Shown here piece by piece: positions 17,308 to 26,553 of a stretch of 64,000 nt of DNA. Origin of the DNA: Dehalococcoidia bacterium (GTDB lineage Bacteria; Chloroflexota; Dehalococcoidia; Lucifugimonadales; UBA3495); the NCBI GenBank assembly GCA_965243255.1, contig CBDEUH010000004.1, positions 580,456-644,455 of the forward strand, written 5' to 3'. A program made the position numbers and the translations under genes. Position 1 is the first letter of the stretch, and every line of letters begins with the position of its first letter. The notes below the pieces were generated by a model. The model saw only the letters and a list, made by a program, of their open reading frames with translations. It ran no database searches and was not told the origin of the DNA.

Positions 17308-18258
17308 ATGGTGGGGGACTTACCGACTGAATTCCATTACACGGCGCGGGGTCAGCTGGCGCTGCAGGCCGGCCAGTTGAACGCTGCCGTCGCCGATTTC
17401 AACAACGCGCTGGAGCTGAACGACGAGTTTGCGCCGGCGTATTACTACCGCGGCCTGGCGTATCGCAACGGGGGCAATCTGGACCTGGCAGTGGCGGATT
17501 ACACCCGGGCGATTGTGGCGGACCCGGAGTATCCGGTGCCCTATTACGCTCGCGGCGTGGTGCGGCGTCATCTGGGATTCTACGAGGATGCCATCAGCGA
17601 TTACTCGGCGGCCATCGAACTGGAGCCGGACGACGCCGATTATTACTACGCCCGCGGCGTGGCGCGGATCTCCCTGAACCGGCATCAGGAAGCCATTGGC
17701 GATTTTCAGGCGTGCATCCGCATCAACCCGGAGCACGCCAACGCCCAATACAACCTGGGCATCGCCTACCGGGACATCGGCGAGCGGGATACCGCGTTGG
17801 GTTATTACGACCGGGCCATCGAGCTGCGCCCTCGTGAGCCGGATTACCTATACGCCAGGGGCAACCTGCGCAGCGACCTGCGTGAGTATGCCATGGCCAT
17901 TGCAGACTATGACGCCGCCATTGCCGTCGTGCCCACCTTCGCCAACGCGCTGTACAACCGGGGCATCGCCCGGCGTAACCTGGGCGACCCGCAGTCTGCC
18001 ATCGCCGACTTCGACGCGGCCCAGGCGTGCGGGATGGACACGGCGATGCTGTATCACAACCGGGGCGTGGCCCGGGCTGACCTGGGGGAGCATCAAGCGG
18101 CCATTGATGAGTACCAGCTGGCCCTGGAACGCAATGCGACCCTGGCCGACGTATATCGCTCCCGGGCGGTGTCGCATCGGGAGCTGGGCAACGAAACGGC
18201 GGCGGCGGCCGACCTATTGCAGTACGCTCAATTGACCGCAACCATCAGCCATGACTAG
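17308..18258 (+). CDS. tetratricopeptide (TPR) repeat protein
   Basis: 316 aa made almost entirely of ~34-aa repeats (A..DF..AI.L.P..A.AYY.RG). Confidence 0.85.
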   Translation: MVGDLPTEFHYTARGQLALQAGQLNAAVADFNNALELNDEFAPAYYYRGLAYRNGGNLDLAVADYTRAIVADPEYPVPYYARGVVRRHLGFYEDAISDYSAAIELEPDDADYYYARGVARISLNRHQEAIGDFQACIRINPEHANAQYNLGIAYRDIGERDTALGYYDRAIELRPREPDYLYARGNLRSDLREYAMAIADYDAAIAVVPTFANALYNRGIARRNLGDPQSAIADFDAAQACGMDTAMLYHNRGVARADLGEHQAAIDEYQLALERNATLADVYRSRAVSHRELGNETAAAADLLQYAQLTATISHD

Positions 18259-19024
18259 CCCCACGTTTCGCGGCTTGTCCGCGGGCGACCAGTTGGGCAA
18301 CCTGGAATACGTGGTTGACGATGCCCGGCTAGCAGAGTACCGGGAGTTGGTAGGTTGCAGCGGGCGTTATCCCAACTTGCTGGCCGACGACTGCCGGGCA
18401 CTGCTGCTGGCGCGCTGTGACGGCGTCGATTTGACCAGCGTGTGGCGGCGGCTGGAGTTGCTGCGTCCGCCCGTCCCCGGACGACGGGTGCAGGTGGGCG
18501 GCTGGCTGCGGGAAGTTCATGAGAGACACGACCGGCCGCTGGTGAGGGTCGCCGCCTTTGCTGTTGACGAGATTGGCACCGAGATTTTGCGTTCCGAGGC
18601 GGCGCTTGTGGTGGGTAAAGCCGGAAGATGGCAGCAGCCTGATGCAGCGCAAGCAGAGAGCCTGGCCCCGGTTATCCAAGGCTCGAGCGATGCAACGGTA
18701 GGCGCTGGCATCAACCTGGGGCGACTGAAGCTGCCGGATGGCGAAAGGGCCGATTCAACTGCCCTGCTGACAGGATGGTTGGAGGGAAGATTGGGCCATC
18801 ACTATGGCGACGATTTCCGCTGGGGCGGCCAGATGTCGCTGGCTTACCTCGCGCCTGCGCTGTCGGGCGACTCAATCGCCGGCGATGCGGTTGTCGTCGG
18901 ATGCGACCGTGACGCCTACGGAGCGGTTACCACCAGACTGGTTGTCTCCGTATTCAGTAGCGCCGCAATCCGACTTGCCGTTGGCGAGGCGGTGATCACT
19001 TCCCCCAGCCCGAGACTATTATGA
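18251..19024 (+). CDS. hypothetical protein (possible hotdog-fold)
   Basis: 257 aa. Its start overlaps the TPR gene stop by 8 nt. Only weak MaoC/hotdog-like impressions. Confidence 0.5.
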   Translation: MTSPTFRGLSAGDQLGNLEYVVDDARLAEYRELVGCSGRYPNLLADDCRALLLARCDGVDLTSVWRRLELLRPPVPGRRVQVGGWLREVHERHDRPLVRVAAFAVDEIGTEILRSEAALVVGKAGRWQQPDAAQAESLAPVIQGSSDATVGAGINLGRLKLPDGERADSTALLTGWLEGRLGHHYGDDFRWGGQMSLAYLAPALSGDSIAGDAVVVGCDRDAYGAVTTRLVVSVFSSAAIRLAVGEAVITSPSPRLL

Positions 19025-19031
19025 GGTTAGA

Positions 19032-19781
19032 ATGATGCAGCAACGCGCCGCGCCGTCGGCAGCAGTGCCCGAGAACTGGCACACTGCTTTGGCCATCGTG
19101 GCCCATCCCGACGATTTGGAGTACGGGGCGGCCAGCGCCATCGCCAAGTGGACGGCCCAGGGCAAGACCGTGACCTATGTTATGGTGAGCAAAGGGGAGG
19201 CCGGCATCGACCGTATGGACCCGTCGGTGGTGGGGCCGTTGCGGATGCAGGAGGAAATCAACAGCGCGCGGGTCGTGGGCGTGGACACGGTGGAGTTTCT
19301 GGACTACACCGACGGCGTCATCGAGTACGGATTGCCCCTGCGTCGGGACTTGAGCCGGGAGATACGCCGCCATCGTCCCGACGTGATTATTACCATCAAC
19401 CACCACTTGCAGTTTTTCAGCGGGCATCTGAACATGGCGGACCACCGCTGGGTTGGCCTGGCGGTGTTCGACGCGGCCCGGGATGCCGGCAACCGCTGGA
19501 TTTTCCCGGAACTGCTGGCCGAGGGTTACGAACCCTGGAACCACGTGCGCTTCGTGGCGGTTTTCGGCTCCACGGAACCGACCCACGCCGTGGACGTGTC
19601 CGGGCACTGGGAGACGGGGCTGGCCTCGCTGCGCGAGCACAAGGCTTATTTGGAAAACCTGGGCGACGTGGGCAACAGTCCCTTTGAGTTTTTGACGGCC
19701 CACGCTCGCGAGGCCGGGGCGGCATTCGGCTGCGATTACGCTTCCTATGCGGAGCTCGTGCTGATCAACGAGGCGTTTTAG
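19032..19781 (+). CDS. PIG-L/LmbE family deacetylase
   Basis: AIVAHPDDLEYG motif (AHPDD). Confidence 0.85.
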   Translation: MMQQRAAPSAAVPENWHTALAIVAHPDDLEYGAASAIAKWTAQGKTVTYVMVSKGEAGIDRMDPSVVGPLRMQEEINSARVVGVDTVEFLDYTDGVIEYGLPLRRDLSREIRRHRPDVIITINHHLQFFSGHLNMADHRWVGLAVFDAARDAGNRWIFPELLAEGYEPWNHVRFVAVFGSTEPTHAVDVSGHWETGLASLREHKAYLENLGDVGNSPFEFLTAHAREAGAAFGCDYASYAELVLINEAF

Positions 19782-19789
19782 GGGGAACG

Positions 19790-20443
19790 ATGGCAGGATT
19801 CAGCGAACAGTTGCGGGAAGAAGCGCAGCCGATTTGGGAGGCAATTTTCCGGCATCCGTTCTTGGCGGACATCAAGAGCGGCGCGCTGCCCTTGGAGACT
19901 TTCCAGTATTACCTGGGACAGGACTACCATTACCTGGAAGGATTCGGTCGGGCGGTGGCGCTGGCGCTGGCGAAATCGCCGGACTCGGAGCTGTTGCAGC
20001 AGCTGGCCCACCGGGTAATGACGCCGGTGGAGCGTCCGCTGCACCATCAGCTGATCGAGGCGGCCGGCCTGACCATGGCCGAAGTGGAAAGAGCCCTCCG
20101 CTCGCCGACCAACACCGCCTACGTCAACCATATGCTGACCACGGCGGCTCAGTACGGGCTGGGGCCGACGGCGGCGGCGCTGCTACCCTGTCCGTGGACG
20201 TACCACTTGCTGAAAGATGAGGTCGGGCAGTCGGAGCATCCCCTTTACGGGCAATGGACCCGCTTCTACGTGGAGGGGTTCTTGCAGTCCAGCGTGGACG
20301 CCTGGTGCGGCTTTGTGGATGAGATGGCGGAAAGGGTGGGCGAGCAGGAACGGGCAGCGATGCGGTACGCCTTCATGGTGAGCAGCCGATACGAGTACAT
20401 GTTCTGGGATGCGGCTTACCGCCGGGAAGAGTGGCCGGTTTAA
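19790..20443 (+). CDS. tenA: TenA/thiaminase-II family protein
   Basis: 217 aa. W..I..HPF...I..G.L....F..YL.QDY.YL pattern. Confidence 0.75.
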   Translation: MAGFSEQLREEAQPIWEAIFRHPFLADIKSGALPLETFQYYLGQDYHYLEGFGRAVALALAKSPDSELLQQLAHRVMTPVERPLHHQLIEAAGLTMAEVERALRSPTNTAYVNHMLTTAAQYGLGPTAAALLPCPWTYHLLKDEVGQSEHPLYGQWTRFYVEGFLQSSVDAWCGFVDEMAERVGEQERAAMRYAFMVSSRYEYMFWDAAYRREEWPV

Positions 20444-20472
20444 CTTTGGCCCACAAACTTGGAGATTGCGTT

Positions 20473-21243
20473 ATGCCTTACGCACCTAACAACGATACTC
20501 AGATGTATTACGAAAGCCACGGCGCGGGGCCGGCCATCGTGTTCGCCCATGGACGCGGCGGCAATCACCTGAGCTGGTGGCGGCAGGTGCCGGCGTTCCA
20601 GGCCGACCATCGCTGCGTTACCTTCGACCAGCGCGGTTGGGGTCTGACCAAAGGGCCGGCCGGCGCGCCGAATCCGGCGACGGTTAGCGCCGACCTGCTG
20701 GCCCTGCTGGACTACCTGGAGATTGACCGGGCGGTGTTGGTGGCGCAATCCATGGGCGGCATTTCCAGCCTGCGGGTGGCATTGCATCATCCCGAACGCG
20801 TGGCCGGGCTGGTGCTGGCCGACACCACCGGCGGCATCGGCGACGCCTCGGTGGTGTCGCTGCTGGCGGACGTCCACCCGCCCGAGGACCCGCTGCGGCG
20901 GGCGCTGAGCGACGGGTTCATATCCGAACATCCCGCATTGACGTTCCTGTTCGGCTCCATCGGGCGCATCAATCAACCGATGCCACTGAGCGTGGTGTCG
21001 GATATGTTCCGCAACCCGGAGGGGCTGCAGGCGTCGGATTTGGCGGCGATGTCGGTTCCGACGCTGCTGGTGGTGGGCGAGGAAGACGCGATATTTCCGG
21101 TGCACGTGATTGAGGCGACCCACCGGCTGATACCGGGCAGCCGGCTGGCGGTGGTGCCGGGAGCGGCTCACTCGACGCACTTTGAGCAGGCGGATGCGTT
21201 CAACGAGCTTTTGAGCGAGTTTATTGGCGGGCTGTCGGCCTGA
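20473..21243 (+). CDS. alpha/beta-fold hydrolase
   Basis: ATG at 20473 with GGAG ~9 nt upstream. AQSMGG nucleophile elbow and a C-terminal GAAHS... His motif. Confidence 0.8.
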   Translation: MPYAPNNDTQMYYESHGAGPAIVFAHGRGGNHLSWWRQVPAFQADHRCVTFDQRGWGLTKGPAGAPNPATVSADLLALLDYLEIDRAVLVAQSMGGISSLRVALHHPERVAGLVLADTTGGIGDASVVSLLADVHPPEDPLRRALSDGFISEHPALTFLFGSIGRINQPMPLSVVSDMFRNPEGLQASDLAAMSVPTLLVVGEEDAIFPVHVIEATHRLIPGSRLAVVPGAAHSTHFEQADAFNELLSEFIGGLSA

Positions 21244-21268
21244 AAACCGGCTGGAGTGCGCGCCCAAT

Positions 21269-22417
21269 TTAGAAGGGCAGGCCCTCGCCGATGTCGTTCT
21301 CGGTGCGGAAGGGGCCCCACTCCCGGGGGATGTTGAGGAGACGGTCTTCCAGGTCGTCAACGCTGTTCTGGCCGCAGTAGGCCATGGCCCGGTCGAACTC
21401 CTCCCGGAGTAGTTCCAGCATGTGGTGTACGCCCTCGGCGCCGTTGACGGCCAGGCCCCAGTAGAGGGGACGGCCCACGGCCACGGCGGTTGCGCCCAGG
21501 GCCAGGGCCTTGAGCACGTCGCTGCCGCGGCGGACGCCGGAGTCAACGTACACCTCCACCTTGCCGCCGGTGGCGGCGACGATTTCCGGTACAACCTCAA
21601 TGCTGGACATGGTGGTGTCCATCCGCCGCCCGCCGTGGGTGGAGACCAGGACGGCGTTGGCGCCGTGCTCGACGGCCAGGCGCGCGTCCTCGGCGGTGCG
21701 CACGCCCTTGAGGACCAGGGGCAGTCCGGTGAGGCTGCGCAGCCAGTCCAGTTCCCGCCAGGTCAGCGGCGGCGGCAACAGGACGTGCCCGTAGGTGGTT
21801 GGGACGCTTTCGCCGGCCTCGGCCAGCCGTCTCTGATATTCACGGAAGTTGCCCAGCTCGCCGGGCCGCACAAAGCGGTTGCGGATGTCGCGCTCCTTGG
21901 GCGTGGGAATCGGGGCGTCCACCGTGAGGACGATAGCCTTGTAGCCGGCAGCCTCGGCCCGTTTGACCAGATTTTCGGTGTGGTCATAGCCGCGGTGGGA
22001 GAGTTGCATCCACAGCGGGCCGGTGGCGGCGTCGGCGATCTCCTCCAGGCTGCAATGGGACGAGGTGCTGCACATCATCAGGGTGTTGGACATGCCGGCC
22101 CCGCGGGCGGTGGCGCATTCGGCATCGGGGTGAGCGATCCCGTGGCCGTCGGTGGGAGAGATCATCACCGGCAAGCTGATGTCCTGCCCCAGCACCGTGG
22201 TGGCGATTTTGCGCTCCGTGATGTTGCGCATGAAGCGAGGCCGCAGGGTGATGGCTTCAAAGGCGGAGCGATTGCGGGCGGTGGTGATTTCGTCCATCGC
22301 GCCGCCTTCGATGAACTCCCAATTGTTGTGGGAGAGCATCGGCTTGGCGCGGGACTCGTAATCGTAGAGGCTGATAGGTTCCAGTCGCAAAAAAATATCA
22401 TCGGCCACTTGAGGCAA
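21269..22417 (-). CDS. FMN-dependent alpha-hydroxy-acid oxidase/dehydrogenase (LldD/glycolate oxidase family), paralog 1
   Basis: STHGGRRMD and the FMN-binding C-terminus. The true start may be the internal TTG at ~22390, by alignment with paralog 2. Confidence 0.85.
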   Translation of the reverse strand: MPQVADDIFLRLEPISLYDYESRAKPMLSHNNWEFIEGGAMDEITTARNRSAFEAITLRPRFMRNITERKIATTVLGQDISLPVMISPTDGHGIAHPDAECATARGAGMSNTLMMCSTSSHCSLEEIADAATGPLWMQLSHRGYDHTENLVKRAEAAGYKAIVLTVDAPIPTPKERDIRNRFVRPGELGNFREYQRRLAEAGESVPTTYGHVLLPPPLTWRELDWLRSLTGLPLVLKGVRTAEDARLAVEHGANAVLVSTHGGRRMDTTMSSIEVVPEIVAATGGKVEVYVDSGVRRGSDVLKALALGATAVAVGRPLYWGLAVNGAEGVHHMLELLREEFDRAMAYCGQNSVDDLEDRLLNIPREWGPFRTENDIGEGLPF

Positions 22418-22451
22418 GCGGCCGATGCTCCATCGGACGTAACCGGGTCGC

Positions 22452-23573
22452 CTAGAAGGGCAAATGCTCGGCGATGTCGTTCTCGGTGCGGAAGGGGCCC
22501 CACTCCCGGGGGATGTTGAGGAGACGGTCTTCCAGGTCGTCCACGCTGTTCTGGCCGCAGTAGGCCATGGCGCGGTTGAACTCCTCGCGCAGCAGTTCCA
22601 GCATGTGATGTACGCCCTCGGCGCCGTTGACGGCCAGGCCCCAGTAGAGGGGGCGCCCCACGGCCACGGCGGTTGCGCCCAGGGCCAGGGCCTTCAGCAC
22701 GTCGCTGCCGCGGCGGACGCCGGAGTCAACGTACACCTCCGCCTTGCCACCGGTGGCGGCAACGATCTCGGGGACCATTTCGATGCTGGACATGGTGCTG
22801 TCCAGTTGGCGGCCGCCGTGGGTGGAGACCAGGATGCCGTTTACGCCGTGCTCGACAGCCAGGCGCGCGTCCTCGGCGACGCGGACGCCTTTCAGCACGA
22901 TGGGGAGACTGGTGAGACTGCGCAGCCAGTCCAGCTCCTGCCAGGTCAGCGGCGGCGACTGGGGCATTTCCCAAGTGGGAGATTCGTCGGTGCCGGTGAC
23001 TTCCGAGAGGCGGTCCTGCTGCTCGCGGAAGTTGCCAAGGTCGCCGGGACGCTGGTAGCGGTTGCGGACATCCCGTTCCTTGGGGCTGGGCGCCGGCGTG
23101 TCGATGGTGAGGACGATGGCCCGGTAGCCGGCGGCCTCGGCGCGCTTGACCAGGTTCTCGGTGAGATCGTAGCCGCGGTGGTAGAGCTGGAACCACAGCG
23201 GGCCGGTGGCGGCGTCGGAGATTTCTTCCAGGCTGCAGTTGGACGAGGTGCTGCACATCATCAGGGTGTTGGACATGCCGGCGCCGCGGGCGGTGGCGCA
23301 CTCGGCTTCGGGGTGGGCGTTGCCGTGGCCGCCGGTGGGAGCAATCATTACCGGGAAGCTGATGTCCTGTCCCAGGACGGTGGTAGAGACTTTGCGCTCG
23401 GTGGTATCGCGCATAAAACGCGGACGCAGCGTCAAGGACTCGAAAGCTGAGCGGTTGCGGGCCGTCGTAATTTCGTCCATGGAACCCGCTTCGATGAACT
23501 CCCAGTTGTTATGTGGGAGGATCTGTTTGGCCCTGGCCTCGTAGTCGTATAGATTGATGGGGTCCAGTCTCAT
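22452..23573 (-). CDS. FMN-dependent alpha-hydroxy-acid oxidase/dehydrogenase, paralog 2
   Basis: STHGGRQLD. The 3' ~300 nt are near-identical to paralog 1. Confidence 0.85.
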   Translation of the reverse strand: MRLDPINLYDYEARAKQILPHNNWEFIEAGSMDEITTARNRSAFESLTLRPRFMRDTTERKVSTTVLGQDISFPVMIAPTGGHGNAHPEAECATARGAGMSNTLMMCSTSSNCSLEEISDAATGPLWFQLYHRGYDLTENLVKRAEAAGYRAIVLTIDTPAPSPKERDVRNRYQRPGDLGNFREQQDRLSEVTGTDESPTWEMPQSPPLTWQELDWLRSLTSLPIVLKGVRVAEDARLAVEHGVNGILVSTHGGRQLDSTMSSIEMVPEIVAATGGKAEVYVDSGVRRGSDVLKALALGATAVAVGRPLYWGLAVNGAEGVHHMLELLREEFNRAMAYCGQNSVDDLEDRLLNIPREWGPFRTENDIAEHLPF

Positions 23574-23604
23574 CCGATACTCTCCTTGTCTGATTGCGCC
23601 GGCG

Positions 23605-24117
23605 TTACTCTTCTTCAGCAGCAGCCGGTCGCAAATTCAATCTCATGATGGCGTCGGCCACGTCGGGCAGCATTTTGTAGTCGTCGGACGTGGGGTCGAA
23701 GGCCATGGGATGGGGCAGGGCAACGTTGTGAACGTTTCTAATTCGGCGGACGGAATGTCCCACAGAAGACATCCGGCCGGACAACTGGCGTTCGGTCAGG
23801 CCCATGGCGTCCAACAAGGATTGTCGTGACATGACGTAACCACTGCTGTTAGCCACGCGGTGATACACTTGCTGGGCATTGGGAGCGAGATAACCCCAGA
23901 AAGTACGCACATGGTCTATTGTCCAGCGTCCTTCAGGAACGGGGGCCGGTGGCGGTGAGGGTGGGGCAGGTTCAGCTTCGGTCGGCGCAGCAACGGTGGA
24001 GTCATCATCGGCAGCAACAACAGTGGCCTGGGATACCCTATCGCCAGCAGCAAGTTGTCGAATAGCCGCAATTACATCATCGGCTTCGCCTTCAACAGTC
24101 AGGGCGACTTTTACCAT
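23605..24117 (-). CDS. hypothetical protein with Pro/Ala-rich linker
   Basis: ATG at 24117 with GAGG 8 nt upstream. No family recognised. Followed by an AT-rich flank (24136-24290). Confidence 0.5.
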   Translation of the reverse strand: MVKVALTVEGEADDVIAAIRQLAAGDRVSQATVVAADDDSTVAAPTEAEPAPPSPPPAPVPEGRWTIDHVRTFWGYLAPNAQQVYHRVANSSGYVMSRQSLLDAMGLTERQLSGRMSSVGHSVRRIRNVHNVALPHPMAFDPTSDDYKMLPDVADAIMRLNLRPAAAEEE

Positions 24118-24290
24118 TTCTTGACCTCGCAGCAATCAACTAATTGCCAAGTTTAGCATAGCAATGCGTGGGGTCAATATGCAGGCATGTATTCGTTATT
24201 AAATATACGTTAAGATAGCAGGAGCAAGAATAAGTCCCGCCCCTGCTGTTTTACTTCCGGGATGACTCGCCGGACTAGTGTGAATGCGCC

Positions 24291-25289
24291 CTAGGCGTCT
24301 TCATCGTGGGGGCCGAAGGGGACCACACCGGGCACCCACCACTTTTCCCAGGATTCGTCGATGCGTTCCTGGAAGAACTTCAGGTCTTCCTCAGTGAGGT
24401 GAGCAAAGCGGCCCTGGCGCTGGAGATACTCCGTAACCGGCTTGCGCGGGCGAATGCCCCGGGCGATGGCGCGGGACGGCCCGTTGAGAATCAGCTCGCC
24501 GTCCACGATTTCGTACTGCACCCAGATGCCGGTTTCCACGGCCAGCATTCCCAGCTCGTGGGAATACTTGGGGTCGTAGTCCCAGCCCTTGGGGCAGGGG
24601 TCGATGCTGTGGATGAATGTGGGGCCGCCGATGGTCAGGGCGCGGCGGATCTTGTTGGTAAAGTCCGGCCCGTAGGAACCGCAGGCGGTGGCGATGTAGC
24701 GCACGTCGGGATGGCCGGCGGCCAGCATGGGCGCGGTGTTCTTCTTCCAGCGGCGGTTCATGATGCGGTGAACCTTGCCCGGCGGCGAGAAGGTGGAGTT
24801 GGCCCCCCAGGGACTGGAGCCGGACACCTGGATGTCGGTGTTGGCGTAGGACTCGTTGTCGTAGCAGAGGATGAGCAGGTTGTACTCATCGTGCTGCAGG
24901 GCTGCCGAAATTGCGGACAGGCCCATGTCCACACCGCCGCCGTCGCCGCAGAAGGCGATGACGTTGATGGGCTCTTCCTGCATCTTGCCCTTGCGCATCA
25001 GGGAGGCCAGGCCGGCCGCGGTGCCGGTGGCGGCGGAACCGCTGGAACCCAGCTGGGTGTGCATCCACGGCACGACCCACGGCGTGCTGTAGTAGGTGGT
25101 GTTGGCCACGTACATGCAGCCGGTACTGCCGACCACGATGGTGCGAGGACCGGCGGCCTTGATCATGAGGCGCATGACCAGGGCGGACTCGCAGCCCTGA
25201 CAGGTGCGGTGGCCGGAGGTGAAGCCTTCGAACACCGGGATTTGTTTGACGCCCCTAACCTGGGGCAGCTCTTGGGTCATGGTAGTCAT
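24291..25289 (-). CDS. 2-oxoacid:ferredoxin oxidoreductase, beta (TPP-binding) subunit
   Basis: CQGC..., the GCMYV region and the FCGDGGGVDMG TPP motif. Confidence 0.85.
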   Translation of the reverse strand: MTTMTQELPQVRGVKQIPVFEGFTSGHRTCQGCESALVMRLMIKAAGPRTIVVGSTGCMYVANTTYYSTPWVVPWMHTQLGSSGSAATGTAAGLASLMRKGKMQEEPINVIAFCGDGGGVDMGLSAISAALQHDEYNLLILCYDNESYANTDIQVSGSSPWGANSTFSPPGKVHRIMNRRWKKNTAPMLAAGHPDVRYIATACGSYGPDFTNKIRRALTIGGPTFIHSIDPCPKGWDYDPKYSHELGMLAVETGIWVQYEIVDGELILNGPSRAIARGIRPRKPVTEYLQRQGRFAHLTEEDLKFFQERIDESWEKWWVPGVVPFGPHDEDA

Positions 25290-25332
25290 AGCGGCTCTCC
25301 TTTTGAAGGGGGCGCCCAGTTAAACGGGGCAA

Positions 25333-26553
25333 CTAGTCCCGGACTCCGATCCAGGTGTTTTCTTCTTTGACTTTGCCGGAGTCGATGGACTCCTGAACCA
25401 TGGCGGTCATCTCTTCCACGTCGCGCACCAGCACTTCCCGCCCGCCCAGGCCGGCGATGAAGCTCTGCATCAGGGGACGCTGGTCCAGGGTGTACAGCGC
25501 GGAGCGAATCTCGTTGAACAGCACGCCGCCGTAGGATGGCGAGCCGTATGAGTAATCGCGGTCAATTACGCCCACCGCCTTGCAGTGGCTGAGGGCCTCG
25601 CGGATTTCGTCGGTGGCGAAGGGTCGGAAGAACTTGACCCGAAGGAATCCAATCTTCATGCCCTGTTCGCGCATCCGCCGCACGGCGACGCGGACGGGCA
25701 TCGCCAGGGTGCCCATGCCCACCAGTACGATGTCGGCGTCTTCGGTCATATACTCTTCGATGAAGGGGCTGGGGTCGCCGCGACCGAAGACCTGCTTGAA
25801 TTCCTCATAGGCTTCTTTGATCACGTCGCCGGTGCGGCGCATGGCGTCGTCGGTCTGGCGGCGGATCTCCATCAGCCAGTCTTCGTTGACCTGGGGCGCC
25901 ACGGTGATGGGGTTGTCGGGATGGAGCAGTAGGCGTCCGCGGTCGTACTGGGGCAGGAACTGGTTGACCTGTTCCTGGGTCGGTACGTGAACGATGGCCT
26001 GGGAGTGAGTTAGGAAGGAGCCGTCACAGGAAATGGCGGCGGGCAGGAAGACCCGGGGGTCTTCGGCCACGCGCCAGGCCAGCAGAGCGGTGTCCAGCGC
26101 CTCCTGGGCGGTGCCAACCCAATAGAGCATCCAGCCCAGGTCCCGAACGGCCATGGCGTCGTTATGCTCCACACCGAAGGCGCCGGGGTCGTCCAGGGCC
26201 CGGTTGCCCACCATGGCGACCACGGGGAGACGCAGGCCGGCCGTTACGGTGATGGCCTCGAAGGCGTAAAACCAGCCCACGCCGCTGGAGCCGCAGAAGG
26301 TGCGGGCGCCCACGGCCGAGGCGTGCTTGACGATTTCAAACTGGGAGTGCTCGCTTTCGGCGACGATGAAGTCGCAGTCAAAAGCGCCGTCGGCCTTCAG
26401 CTTGGACACGTATTGCATCACCGTGTCGTAGGGCCGGATGGGGTAGGCGGTGATTACGTCAACGTCGGCGAGGGAACAGGCGATGGCGATGGCTTCGCTG
26501 CCGCTGATCAGCTCCTCGCGCTCAGTTTGGGGAGGAAGGGTTTGCGTGGCCAT
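25333..26553 (-). CDS. 2-oxoacid:ferredoxin oxidoreductase, alpha subunit
   Basis: 406 aa. GSEAIA...ITAYPIRP N-terminus typical of PorA/KorA. Confidence 0.85.
   Translation of the reverse strand: MATQTLPPQTEREELISGSEAIAIACSLADVDVITAYPIRPYDTVMQYVSKLKADGAFDCDFIVAESEHSQFEIVKHASAVGARTFCGSSGVGWFYAFEAITVTAGLRLPVVAMVGNRALDDPGAFGVEHNDAMAVRDLGWMLYWVGTAQEALDTALLAWRVAEDPRVFLPAAISCDGSFLTHSQAIVHVPTQEQVNQFLPQYDRGRLLLHPDNPITVAPQVNEDWLMEIRRQTDDAMRRTGDVIKEAYEEFKQVFGRGDPSPFIEEYMTEDADIVLVGMGTLAMPVRVAVRRMREQGMKIGFLRVKFFRPFATDEIREALSHCKAVGVIDRDYSYGSPSYGGVLFNEIRSALYTLDQRPLMQSFIAGLGGREVLVRDVEEMTAMVQESIDSGKVKEENTWIGVRD

Noticed and set aside
19032-19781. Calling the PIG-L deacetylase + GNAT + CysRS-GT2 a mycothiol/bacillithiol-type operon.
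   Set aside because: The genes are 14-17 kb apart on different transcription units, and the GT domain is GT2 rather than the GT4 of MshA/BshA. This is kept only as a hypothesis under the cysS-GT2 finding.
22390-22417. N-terminal extension MPQVADDIF of oxidase paralog 1 as evidence of a distinct leader.
   Set aside because: Paralog 2 starts at the equivalent of the internal TTG, so the extension may just be an ORF-caller artefact. The sequence alone cannot decide.
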